Part shown: positions 25,840 to 34,862 of the stretch, piece by piece
Layout: the number at the start of each line of letters is the position of its first letter
How positions within the stretch are numbered: position 1 is the first letter of the stretch
Source: a virus
Taxonomy: Duplodnaviria > Heunggongvirae > Uroviricota > Caudoviricetes
Length of the DNA stretch: 48,552 bases
Virus record (IMG/VR): IMGVR_UViG_3300042569_002502
Reading direction: 5' to 3' (one strand)
Notes under the pieces: generated by a model
What the model was told of the DNA's origin: nothing
What the model saw: the letters and a program-made list of their open reading frames with translations, nothing else
Database searches by the model: none
Program-made: the position numbers and the translations under genes

Positions 25840-27366
25840 ATGGGACTATTTAGTTTAGACTGGTTTAAAAGCGAAAAAACAAAACAATTAGAAGCGTTAA
25901 AATTAGAAGAGCAAAAAATTAAAAATTTATTATTTACAAAGCTTTTTACAGAAGACGAGGAACCACAATCTGTTGTAAAACCCTATTTGAATGTAAAGTT
26001 AGTGAATAGTGTACTTACAGTGGTGTTAAATGATGGTGCTATTTTAAGCAAACCAAATGCTACACAAGAAGATTTTAATAAAGTGAGAATTGTTTCTAGT
26101 GAAGAAGAAATACTACTTATTATGGGTAGCGAAGAATCATTAACTGAGAAGAGACAAAAAGAAGCAGAAATTACTAAAATGCGGGCTATTCAAAAAGGAT
26201 TTTCTCTTCTTTATAAAACTAATGATTTTGATATAGTGGAGAATACAGTGTATTTAAAAGGAATCCACAGAAGTCTTCCTCAATTATTAGTGGAGAAATT
26301 TGCAGAAATAATAAACACTCAGCTGTATTATACAGGATTTGGTGATCTTCAAAAAGATTTAAGTAGTAATGAAGAATATCAATCTTTAAAGCGTTTCTTT
26401 ATGTGGTGTTGCTTAAATCCAAGAGTGGAAGTGGCTAACGAACTTTATAGATTTTTGACAGAAAATAGCTTTAGAATTACAAAACAAGGGTTTTTTGTGG
26501 CTCTTAGGAATGTAGTGACGTTGCACGGAAGTAATCAACTTGTTCATTTTGTAAGCAACACTTATAATAAAGTGAAGGCTGTTTGGAAGAAAAATCCAAA
26601 TGATTATACAGTGTTTTTAGAAAATGAAGAATATAAATTAGTACATAAAGACCAGCTTTATAAAAAGGTGAGATATACAACTACAGAATGTCCTTATTGT
26701 GACGGTAGTGGTATAGAATATTCAGATTTTGATGATAATGATGAAGACTGCTCACATTGCGGAGGAACAGGAGAGGCAGAAGAATACACTTACGAAACTA
26801 ATGAATCTGTATTTCATGGAGAAAGAATTGGTATTTTAACTGATTTATATCTAGATCTTCCTAATATACATGAGAATAGATTTACAGATGATTGGACCAA
26901 AACATTTGATATTCGTATTGGTAGAACAGTGAGTATGCCTATGGAAGAGTGTAACTGGAGTACACAAGATTGTGCTGCTGCTGGACTACATTTTACCAGT
27001 GATCAGATTCATTATGTAGGATGTGGAGATACAAGTGTTCTTGTTCTTATCAATCCTATGAAAGTTGTAGGTATTGGTCAGCATAAAGGTAGATGTTATG
27101 AATATCTCCCAATTATGACTGTTCCTCGTGAAGAAGCAACAAAAATCCTACATGACGTGGATTTTGATACATTGGAATTAGATGAAGATTATGCAATTCG
27201 TGAGTTAGAAAACTTAGCTGATAAAGCAAAAGAGGGTTTTGTGGCAGAAACAAAAAAGTATAATTTTAATATTCCTAGTATTTCTTCTGCAGAAATAGAC
27301 AATATTGTTCTTTCTTTGGACGGTATGAAGGATGAAATTTCTAAAAGAATTTCTATAGTTCAATAA
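25840..27366 (+). CDS. rIIB: rIIB-like protein
   Basis: LYRFL…ITKQGFFVALRNV; CAAAGLH; VLINP..VV; KGRCYEY; lies downstream of rIIA. Confidence 0.7.
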   Translation: MGLFSLDWFKSEKTKQLEALKLEEQKIKNLLFTKLFTEDEEPQSVVKPYLNVKLVNSVLTVVLNDGAILSKPNATQEDFNKVRIVSSEEEILLIMGSEESLTEKRQKEAEITKMRAIQKGFSLLYKTNDFDIVENTVYLKGIHRSLPQLLVEKFAEIINTQLYYTGFGDLQKDLSSNEEYQSLKRFFMWCCLNPRVEVANELYRFLTENSFRITKQGFFVALRNVVTLHGSNQLVHFVSNTYNKVKAVWKKNPNDYTVFLENEEYKLVHKDQLYKKVRYTTTECPYCDGSGIEYSDFDDNDEDCSHCGGTGEAEEYTYETNESVFHGERIGILTDLYLDLPNIHENRFTDDWTKTFDIRIGRTVSMPMEECNWSTQDCAAAGLHFTSDQIHYVGCGDTSVLVLINPMKVVGIGQHKGRCYEYLPIMTVPREEATKILHDVDFDTLELDEDYAIRELENLADKAKEGFVAETKKYNFNIPSISSAEIDNIVLSLDGMKDEISKRISIVQ

Positions 27367-27379
27367 CCCCTTTTAAAAT

Positions 27380-27428
27380 TGTAGCCTGAATGTACAAAAT
27401 TTAGTATATTTGGGCTACATATTTTTTA
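27380..27428 (+). promoter_or_regulatory. Hairpin with T-tract whose 3' arm contains a -7 box (TATATTTG)
   Basis: TGTAGCCTGAATGTAC / GTATATTTGGGCTACA; TATATTTG at 27405-27412. Confidence 0.55.
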
Positions 27429-27431
27429 TAT

Positions 27432-27818
27432 ATGGCAAAGAAAAAAGCGGTTAAAAAATTATTAGAAAAACCAAGGTGTGATGGTACTATGACTGAAAGT
27501 GCTTTCTGGAGCTTTATAAGAAGTGCTCTTAGAAATAAATCTAGATGGTGGAAACCAATAACAACATGTAAACAAAAATCAAAAAGAGCCTATAAAGGTC
27601 CAAATAAAAGACAAAAATTTGAATATCAGTGTAATGAGTGTAAGGAATGGTTTGCGGATAAAAATATCCAAGTGGACCATAAAATCCCTGCAGGCTCATT
27701 AAACTGTGCTCAAGATCTTCCAGGATTTGTAGAAAGACTCTTTTGTGAAGTGGATGGTTTACAAATTTTGTGCTCCACCTGTCATAACATTAAAACACAA
27801 AAAGAAAAAAAGAAGTAA
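27432..27818 (+). CDS. HNH endonuclease with a zinc-binding motif
   Basis: YQCNECK…QVDHKIPAG…LQILCSTCHNIKT. Confidence 0.8.
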   Translation: MAKKKAVKKLLEKPRCDGTMTESAFWSFIRSALRNKSRWWKPITTCKQKSKRAYKGPNKRQKFEYQCNECKEWFADKNIQVDHKIPAGSLNCAQDLPGFVERLFCEVDGLQILCSTCHNIKTQKEKKK

Positions 27819-27823
27819 TTATA

Positions 27824-28189
27824 ATGACAACTTACATGAATTCCACGATAAGCTTTCAAACAGACTCTTTAACTTATGAATTAAGTGCAGGGTTTGATTT
27901 TGATAAAAATGCATATTATATGCCTAGTCTTTCTTTTATAAAAAATGAAGGACATATTAAAAATGAAGTGTATATAGCTTTTTGGGATAATGAGGCTTAT
28001 TTAATTAAGACATTATATGAAAAAGTGTTAATACCTTGGAATAAACATAAAGCTATTTCTAATGAAGAAGCGTTTGAAGATCTTCTTAAAATAGAAGGAT
28101 GCACTTTAGCAGATTTTGTATCACTGGAAAAATTAATTAAATTAGCAATAGATAAAGGATTTTTTTATGAATATTATAATAGAAATTGA
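27824..28189 (+). CDS. Hypothetical protein
   Basis: ORF track. Confidence 0.65.
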   Translation: MTTYMNSTISFQTDSLTYELSAGFDFDKNAYYMPSLSFIKNEGHIKNEVYIAFWDNEAYLIKTLYEKVLIPWNKHKAISNEEAFEDLLKIEGCTLADFVSLEKLIKLAIDKGFFYEYYNRN

Positions 28190-28400
28190 CAAAGAGCCTT
28201 CTTTTACAGAAGTATGGTATGAGGGTTCTGTATTTTATGGGGAAGATGAACACAAGTTTTGGCTAGTGCATCCGCAGAATAAAGACAGAAATGAGCAAGA
28301 TTATGAAATAGAGGTGCGTTGGTTTTTTGCTAAAGTTCCTAGAGAAATTAGAGCAATGAGAGATCAAATTATTGAAGCATTTAAACAAACATTAAAATGA
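28167..28400 (+). CDS. Hypothetical protein
   Basis: ORF track. Confidence 0.7.
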   Translation: MNIIIEIDKEPSFTEVWYEGSVFYGEDEHKFWLVHPQNKDRNEQDYEIEVRWFFAKVPREIRAMRDQIIEAFKQTLK

Positions 28401-29440
28401 TACAAGGAAATACAAAAACAGAAGCTCAATACAGAGCAGTGAAAATGGATAGCTCTTCAAGTCTTAAAGAGTTTTCTACAAATAGACGTAAATATTATAA
28501 AAAATATGTATTAAATGAACAAGTGGAAGAAGAGGATAACAAAGCCACTTCTATGGGAAAACTTGTTGAAACATTGTTATTAGAGCCCCAAGAATTTGAC
28601 AAAAGATTTTATATGAGTTCTTGTGTTAGTTCTCCTACAGGCCTTATGTTAGATTTTACAGAAGCTTTGTATAAACACACAAAAACAGCTACAGATGAAA
28701 ATGGAAGTGTTACAAGACCATTTGAAGAAATAGCTAAAGATGCTTATACAGATTCTGGATTTAAAATCAAATTTGACGCTGTTCTTAATAAATTTGTAGG
28801 GTCTGATGCAGAAATCTATTATAAGGAGATAAGAGAAGTGAGAAGCAAGGGACTTACAGTGGTGACAACACAAGATGTATCTAATGCTGAGAAAATTGTT
28901 GAGGAGCTTAAGACAAATGAATTCACTTCTTCTATTGTAAATTTAGTAAATAGTGCTAAATGGGGAATACACAATCAACTTCAAATAGAAGGTTATTCTG
29001 TTGAAGGGCACTTATTTAAGAGTATGATGGATAAAGTGCATATAGATCATGAACAAAAGACTATCCAGGTATATGATCTTAAATGTGTATGGGCTGTTGA
29101 AGATTTTTACAAAGAGTATTATTTATATAGAAGAGCTTATATCCAAGCATATTTATATTGGAAAGCATGTTTCCAAGTGAAAGAGTCTTTAAACTTAGAA
29201 GATTATTCTGTTGAATATCCTAAATTTATTGTATGTGATAGTACAAATTATTATAGTCCTTTAATTTATACACTAAATAAAGATGATATAGAGAAAGCTT
29301 TTAAAGGTTTTGAGCACCAAGGACGTAAATATCCTGGTGTTAAGTCTTTAATAGCAGATCTTAAATGGGCTATAGAAAATAACAAATGGAATATATCCAG
29401 AGAGAATTATATTAATAACGGGGTAGTAAATTTAGATTAA
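28397..29440 (+). CDS. PD-(D/E)XK exonuclease (RecE/ExoVIII-like)
   Basis: SSSSLKEF…GKLVETLLLEP…FKSMMDKV…VYDLK…Y..QAYLY. Confidence 0.8.
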   Translation: MIQGNTKTEAQYRAVKMDSSSSLKEFSTNRRKYYKKYVLNEQVEEEDNKATSMGKLVETLLLEPQEFDKRFYMSSCVSSPTGLMLDFTEALYKHTKTATDENGSVTRPFEEIAKDAYTDSGFKIKFDAVLNKFVGSDAEIYYKEIREVRSKGLTVVTTQDVSNAEKIVEELKTNEFTSSIVNLVNSAKWGIHNQLQIEGYSVEGHLFKSMMDKVHIDHEQKTIQVYDLKCVWAVEDFYKEYYLYRRAYIQAYLYWKACFQVKESLNLEDYSVEYPKFIVCDSTNYYSPLIYTLNKDDIEKAFKGFEHQGRKYPGVKSLIADLKWAIENNKWNISRENYINNGVVNLD

Positions 29441-29991
29441 TGGAGGTAAAGAAGACAATAACCAGTATATTTATTGTTCCAACGTTGGGAATAGATAAAG
29501 AAAATTTAAATGCTAATGGATTTATCAATGGATATATAAAAGATGATAGAAAAGATGTGCAGTATGAAAATGCTGTATATCTTCTATTTCATCCAAAAGA
29601 TCTTTATAAATTTAAAAGTTTTTTAGATGAGGAGTATGAAAGAACAAAAAATATTTTAGATGATTATGATTATGAGGATGGGTATATTGTAGTGGTGTAT
29701 TTATTAAACCCTGATTATACAAAAGATTATCAGTTAGTTAAACAAGGTAAATATTCTAAGACTTCCAAAGAATTTCAAACTCTTTTTCCAAAAATAATTA
29801 AAATTGTAAAAAATGGACTTAGAAAGGACGAAATATCCCTTCAATACAGAGTTTTTAATAAAACAGAGGATTTAAAGAAATTTTGGGAAGATAAACTTGA
29901 TGTCACTTTTGACCAAGAAAATGAAATTTGGCATGGGTTTGTAGAAGAAAAAGAAGTTCTTAATTTAGATAAAATTAAACAATATGTATAA
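29440..29991 (+). CDS. Hypothetical protein coupled to the exonuclease
   Basis: ORF track; TAATG overlap. Confidence 0.75.
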   Translation: MEVKKTITSIFIVPTLGIDKENLNANGFINGYIKDDRKDVQYENAVYLLFHPKDLYKFKSFLDEEYERTKNILDDYDYEDGYIVVVYLLNPDYTKDYQLVKQGKYSKTSKEFQTLFPKIIKIVKNGLRKDEISLQYRVFNKTEDLKKFWEDKLDVTFDQENEIWHGFVEEKEVLNLDKIKQYV

Positions 29992-30232
29992 TAAAGAAAT
30001 TCTAAAAGAATTAATTAGAAGATATGGTGTAGAAAAAACCATAATATTCTGTGAGATGGAGAGTGTAAGAAACTCTCTACTCCAGTTAACAACTAAAGAA
30101 GAAGATGGTCCAAGTGAATTTGAATTTGAGAGGAATTGGTGGAAAGAAAATGGAGAGGAATTAAAACATACAAGAATTGCTAAAGCTTTAAATTTAAATT
30201 ATGAACATGATAGAACTACTAGAAAAGTATGA
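29984..30232 (+). CDS. Hypothetical protein
   Basis: ORF track. Confidence 0.65.
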   Translation: MYNKEILKELIRRYGVEKTIIFCEMESVRNSLLQLTTKEEDGPSEFEFERNWWKENGEELKHTRIAKALNLNYEHDRTTRKV

Positions 30233-30566
30233 TAAATCAGCTATTGTTTTAAAACAATGGTTTTTAAACCAAATGCTAGAAAAAATAGATGATGCATCTA
30301 TTCCAGAAGATTTTAAAGAGTTTGCTAGACAACAGAATATTAGCAACGAGACTGTGGGAAAAATATTAGATGCTCAGCCTAGAGCAGCATTTGATGTACT
30401 AGACAATCATAAAATGTTTGTAGAGATAAATATTAGTTCTTTAGGAGATGTATTCTTTTCTTATTGTATTAATAATATTAATAATACAACACATTTTAAA
30501 ACAAGAAAAGAAGCAGAAAAAGAAGCTGTTTCAGAAGCTTTAAAAATGCTAAATGATATGTTATGA
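30201..30566 (+). CDS. Hypothetical protein
   Basis: ORF track. Confidence 0.7.
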   Translation: MNMIELLEKYDKSAIVLKQWFLNQMLEKIDDASIPEDFKEFARQQNISNETVGKILDAQPRAAFDVLDNHKMFVEINISSLGDVFFSYCINNINNTTHFKTRKEAEKEAVSEALKMLNDML

Positions 30567-30859
30567 GAAAAATAACAGAAAAAGCTGGACAAGCTTTTAA
30601 TAATGGATATAGATTTAAAAAATCTAATACAGAAGTGAGAATTGAAAATGATGGTAGTGTTTATATGTATTTATTTGGAAGAGCTATAGCTAAAAAAGAA
30701 AATGGAGAAACATTTATTTGTAATGGGAATTATAGAGCCACTGTCACCACTAGTGATAGACTTAGTGCCATTGTTCCTGTAAGAAAAAGACAGGGACAGT
30801 TGATTGTAAAGGAAAAAGTTGTTCTAGAAGAAAAATGGTTAAATATTAATCAGATATGA
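30563..30859 (+). CDS. Hypothetical protein
   Basis: ORF track; ATGA overlaps. Confidence 0.7.
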   Translation: MRKITEKAGQAFNNGYRFKKSNTEVRIENDGSVYMYLFGRAIAKKENGETFICNGNYRATVTTSDRLSAIVPVRKRQGQLIVKEKVVLEEKWLNINQI

Positions 30860-31581
30860 AAACACTAATTATTCCAGATATACATGGGAAAAGTGTGTGG
30901 AAACAGATGATAGAAATAGAATCCCCAGATAGAATAGTCTTTCTGGGGGACTACTTTGATTCATTTGATATTCCAGGCTTAGACCAAATTCATAACTTTA
31001 AAGAAGTTATAGAGTATAAAAAGTCCGAACAATCAGAGGTCATCTTACTTATAGGTAACCATGATTATCACTATTATCCAGAAATTGGTTATAATGGAAC
31101 TAGTGGGTACCAAGGTGGATTAGCTCCAAATATTAGTCAAGTTGTTAATGAAAACAGAGACCATTTACAAATGGCTTATACAATGGATCATTTTTTATTT
31201 ACACATGCAGGAGTGAGTGAACATTTTATGGGAGAAATGTTTGGAGAAGATGGATATAATATAGATGATATTGATTTAACTTTGAATGAGTTATTTAAAT
31301 ATAAACCTCTTCTTTTTGACTTTTCTCCATATGATTTTAGCGGTCTTGGAGACCATGTAAAACAAACTCCTATATGGATTAGACCAACAGCTTTATTAAA
31401 AGCTAATAAAGAGAGTGAATTAAAATCCAAGTATATCCAAATAGTGGGGCATACACATAGGAAACATATTGATTTTGAAGGAAAATCGTCTGGAGGACGT
31501 TATTATTTTGTAGATACATTAGATGATAGTCAAGAATATTTAACTATTGTAGATGGACAAATTAAATTAAATAATTTATGA
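30856..31581 (+). CDS. Calcineurin-like metallophosphoesterase
   Basis: IPDIHG, FLGDYFD, LIGNHD, FTHAG and IVGHT motifs. Confidence 0.9.
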   Translation: MKTLIIPDIHGKSVWKQMIEIESPDRIVFLGDYFDSFDIPGLDQIHNFKEVIEYKKSEQSEVILLIGNHDYHYYPEIGYNGTSGYQGGLAPNISQVVNENRDHLQMAYTMDHFLFTHAGVSEHFMGEMFGEDGYNIDDIDLTLNELFKYKPLLFDFSPYDFSGLGDHVKQTPIWIRPTALLKANKESELKSKYIQIVGHTHRKHIDFEGKSSGGRYYFVDTLDDSQEYLTIVDGQIKLNNL

Positions 31582-32171
31582 ATATAAAAGATGTTGTCCT
31601 TTTTAAAGGCAAGAAATACAAATTTATTCACACTCGTAATATTACATTAGATGATATTAGAGCTGTATTTTTTCCAAAAAACTTTTATGAAAAATATCAT
31701 TATTTGGGCTCTGTTCCTTGGAGAGAGAAAGGTGGAATATTTGAAGCAATGGAACCATTGGTAATATTCATGGATTACAAAGCAAGGCCTAAATGGTGTC
31801 CTAGGTGGATATTAAGATTTTTACATTTATTTGGTGATGATAATTCTATTGTTAGAGTGCGTAATAGAACATTGCACAATTTAAAACGTAAATTGACTAA
31901 AGGATTATCTATCAATGATTATAAGACAAAATGGGATTGGTTTGATCTTAGAATATCTATATATGGTACAGAACAGATGAATAACCTTGCTGAAGCTATT
32001 GAATCTAAATTTTATGAAGATGGACTAAGAGAAGAGTTGGCCGAAAGGATTAAAATGTTAGATCCTAAGACTAAATATGATAAGGGATACACTGTAAGTG
32101 TATTAAAACATGAATTAAGTAAACTACAAAACATTAATAATGATGATGATAATGACAACACAGGAATTTAA
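31578..32171 (+). CDS. Hypothetical protein
   Basis: ORF track. Confidence 0.7.
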   Translation: MNIKDVVLFKGKKYKFIHTRNITLDDIRAVFFPKNFYEKYHYLGSVPWREKGGIFEAMEPLVIFMDYKARPKWCPRWILRFLHLFGDDNSIVRVRNRTLHNLKRKLTKGLSINDYKTKWDWFDLRISIYGTEQMNNLAEAIESKFYEDGLREELAERIKMLDPKTKYDKGYTVSVLKHELSKLQNINNDDDNDNTGI

Positions 32172-32454
32172 CGAAAAATACAAAGATTATTTAGAGGAAG
32201 GACACTATGGATTAAGTATTTCCTACCCTGCTGTAATAACTTATTTAGATGCAATGTTTAAGGAATTAATTAAAATTCCAGGGTTCGAATATAGCCAAAT
32301 TAAAATAAAGTTTGATTCTTCTAGATTTTATACTAATTTAGGAGAAATTATTGGTAAAATTGGGTATATTATAGAAGCAGAAGTAGAAAAACACTTAAAT
32401 TTTCTACTTACAGTGGAAAATGAACTTATAAAAAGAAAGACTCATGAAGGATAA
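32140..32454 (+). CDS. Hypothetical protein (QIKIKFDSSRFY motif)
   Basis: ORF track. Confidence 0.7.
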   Translation: MMMIMTTQEFNEKYKDYLEEGHYGLSISYPAVITYLDAMFKELIKIPGFEYSQIKIKFDSSRFYTNLGEIIGKIGYIIEAEVEKHLNFLLTVENELIKRKTHEG

Positions 32455-32674
32455 AATAGTGGACCAAGTGGTTGAAAAATACCAAACAAGAAGTGCTGTA
32501 GGAATACGTAAGTATAATTCTACACTAGAAAACAACAATTCTGATGATTATCTGCTTCATGCTCAAGAGGAAGCTATGGATCTTAGCCTTTATTTAGAAA
32601 AATTAATCACCTTGGTTAGAGAAGAACCAGATGATACTGTATTGGGAGCTAAAATAAGGAAAATGGTTAAGTAA
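32444..32674 (+). CDS. Small all-helical phage protein, possibly nucleotide-pyrophosphatase-like
   Basis: R..VG..KY..TL…L.HAQEEAMDLSLYLEK motif, common next to phage RNR genes. Confidence 0.6.
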   Translation: MKDKIVDQVVEKYQTRSAVGIRKYNSTLENNNSDDYLLHAQEEAMDLSLYLEKLITLVREEPDDTVLGAKIRKMVK

Positions 32675-32687
32675 TATTTTTATATGT

Positions 32688-32736
32688 AGTTGTTTTATAA
32701 GGGGAAGCAAAGTATATTTGCAACCCCTTATTTTTT
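32688..32736 (+). promoter_or_regulatory. Composite hairpin and promoter upstream of RNR
   Basis: TTG-N20-TATATTTG (32713-32720) embedded in the hairpin ATAAGGGG…CCCCTTAT plus T-tract. Confidence 0.6.
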
Positions 32737-32757
32737 AACAAAAAAAAAACAAAATTT

Positions 32758-34659
32758 ATGGATTTAGGATTGGATGCGTTGAGTAAAATAACTGTGTTTT
32801 CAAAATACAGTAAGTATGTTCCAGAGAAAAAAAGAAGAGAAACCTGGGATGAAATAGTGGATAGATATGAGCAGATGCTGATTAAGAAATATCCTAAATT
32901 AGAAGTGGCTATTATTGATAGTGCTAAGTTTATTAGAGAGAGGAAGGTTCTTCCTTCAATGAGAGCTTTACAGTTTGCTGGGCCAGCTATGGAAGTTAAT
33001 AATGCAAGAGGTTATAATTGTGCTTATTTACCTATTGATAGTCTGTATAGCTTCAGTGAGACAATGTTCTTATTACTAGGGGGTTCAGGTGTTGGATTTT
33101 CAGTTCAAAAACATCATGTAAATCAACTCCCAGAGATAACAAAACCAGGGAAAAAAAGAAATTATTTAATAGAAGATTCTATTATGGGCTGGGCAGATGC
33201 TGTAAAAGTACTTATGAAAGCTTATTTAGAAGGATCTTTTATGCCAACATTTGATTTTAGAGCTATTAGACATAAAGGAGCCAGATTAATCACTGCTGGA
33301 GGAAAAGCACCTGGTCCAGAACCATTAAAATTATGTTTGGCCCATATACAGGCTGTGTTAGATAGAAAAGAAGTGGGCCAAAAATTATCTCCTTTAGAAT
33401 GTCACGATATTATGTGCCACATTGCTAACTCTGTATTAAGTGGGGGGATAAGAAGAAGTGCTATGATTTCTTTATTTAGCCATGATGACGAAGAAATGAT
33501 TACATGTAAATACGGAAACTGGTGGGAATTAAATGAGCAACGTGGTAGATCTAATAATAGTGCTGTTTTAGAAAGAAATAATGTATCAGAAACAGAATTC
33601 TTTGATCTTTGGAAAAGGATTGAAGCTAGTGGATCAGGAGAACCAGGTCTTTATTGGACTAATAATAAAGATTGGGGCACCAATCCATGCTGCGAAATAG
33701 GATTAAGACCATTCCAATTCTGTAATTTATGTGAGCTCAATGTAAGTGATATAACTAGCCAGGAAGATCTTAATGAAAGAGCTGGTGTAGCTGCTTTCTT
33801 TGGTACATTACAAGCTGGATTTACAGACTTCCATTATTTACGTCCTATATGGAAACAAACCACTGATAAAGATGCTTTATTAGGAATAGGAATGACTGGA
33901 ATTGGTTCTGGGGAAATATTGAAATACAACTTAGATATAGCTGCTGCTGTAGCAAAGAATGTAAATTCTACAATTTCTGCTGTTATAGGAACAAATGAAG
34001 CAGCTCGTGTTACATGTATAAAACCCTCAGGAACAACATCTTGTGTATTAGGAACAGCTAGTGGTATTCATGCTTGGCATGCTCCTTATTATCTAAGAAC
34101 AATGCGTTTTAATAAGAATGAGGACATTGCTATGTATTTGGAAATAAATCATCCAGAACTATGTGAGGATGATGTATTAAGACCAAAAGATACATTATGT
34201 GTAAGGATTCCTGTTAAAGCCCCAGAAGGGTCTATTTTTAGAACAGAAACAGCTGTTGATACATTAGAGCGTGTTAAAAGATTTTCCCAAGAATGGATCC
34301 TACCAGGACATGTTAATGGGGATAACACACATAATGTAAGTGCTACAATTTCTATTGATAAAAATAGAAAATATCCATTCCATTTAGAGCACGGTGATGT
34401 TTGGGAAAAAGATGAGTGGCAAATAGTAGGTGAATGGATGTGGGACAATCAGGAGTTTTACAATGGTCTTAGTGTATTGCCTTATTTTGGAGGAAGTTAT
34501 GCTCAAGCTCCTTTTGAAGACATTACAGAAGAGGAATATAATAGTCGTATATCTTCATTAAATTCCATAGATCTTACAAAAGTGGTAGAATTAGATGATA
34601 CAGTGGATTTTGGAGCTATTGCTGCATGTGCTGGGAATAATTGCGAAATAAATTTATAA
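32758..34659 (+). CDS. nrdJ: Class II (adenosylcobalamin-dependent) ribonucleotide reductase, monomeric RTPR type
   Basis: PSMRAL; YNCAY; GSGVGFSV; GGIRRSA; TNPCCEI; CIKPSGT; C-terminal CAGNNC; no small subunit nearby. Confidence 0.9.
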   Translation: MDLGLDALSKITVFSKYSKYVPEKKRRETWDEIVDRYEQMLIKKYPKLEVAIIDSAKFIRERKVLPSMRALQFAGPAMEVNNARGYNCAYLPIDSLYSFSETMFLLLGGSGVGFSVQKHHVNQLPEITKPGKKRNYLIEDSIMGWADAVKVLMKAYLEGSFMPTFDFRAIRHKGARLITAGGKAPGPEPLKLCLAHIQAVLDRKEVGQKLSPLECHDIMCHIANSVLSGGIRRSAMISLFSHDDEEMITCKYGNWWELNEQRGRSNNSAVLERNNVSETEFFDLWKRIEASGSGEPGLYWTNNKDWGTNPCCEIGLRPFQFCNLCELNVSDITSQEDLNERAGVAAFFGTLQAGFTDFHYLRPIWKQTTDKDALLGIGMTGIGSGEILKYNLDIAAAVAKNVNSTISAVIGTNEAARVTCIKPSGTTSCVLGTASGIHAWHAPYYLRTMRFNKNEDIAMYLEINHPELCEDDVLRPKDTLCVRIPVKAPEGSIFRTETAVDTLERVKRFSQEWILPGHVNGDNTHNVSATISIDKNRKYPFHLEHGDVWEKDEWQIVGEWMWDNQEFYNGLSVLPYFGGSYAQAPFEDITEEEYNSRISSLNSIDLTKVVELDDTVDFGAIAACAGNNCEINL

Positions 34660-34760
34660 TAATGAAACACGATAATTTAGTACAAAATATTGTATCTTCG
34701 TTTTACAATATGATTAAAAATAATAAATAATATTTCCTTTGATTTCCGATTAATAATGAA

Positions 34761-34799
34761 AAGCCCCTAATGTTTCTACATATAAGGGGCTATTTTTTT
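34761..34799 (+). terminator. Intrinsic terminator after RNR
   Basis: AGCCCCT…AGGGGCT followed by ATTTTTTT. Confidence 0.75.
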
Positions 34800-34862
34800 G
34801 TGGAATCGTTGGGGATTATTAAGGATTTTTTTGTACATTTGTTTAAAGAATAAAATAAAAAT

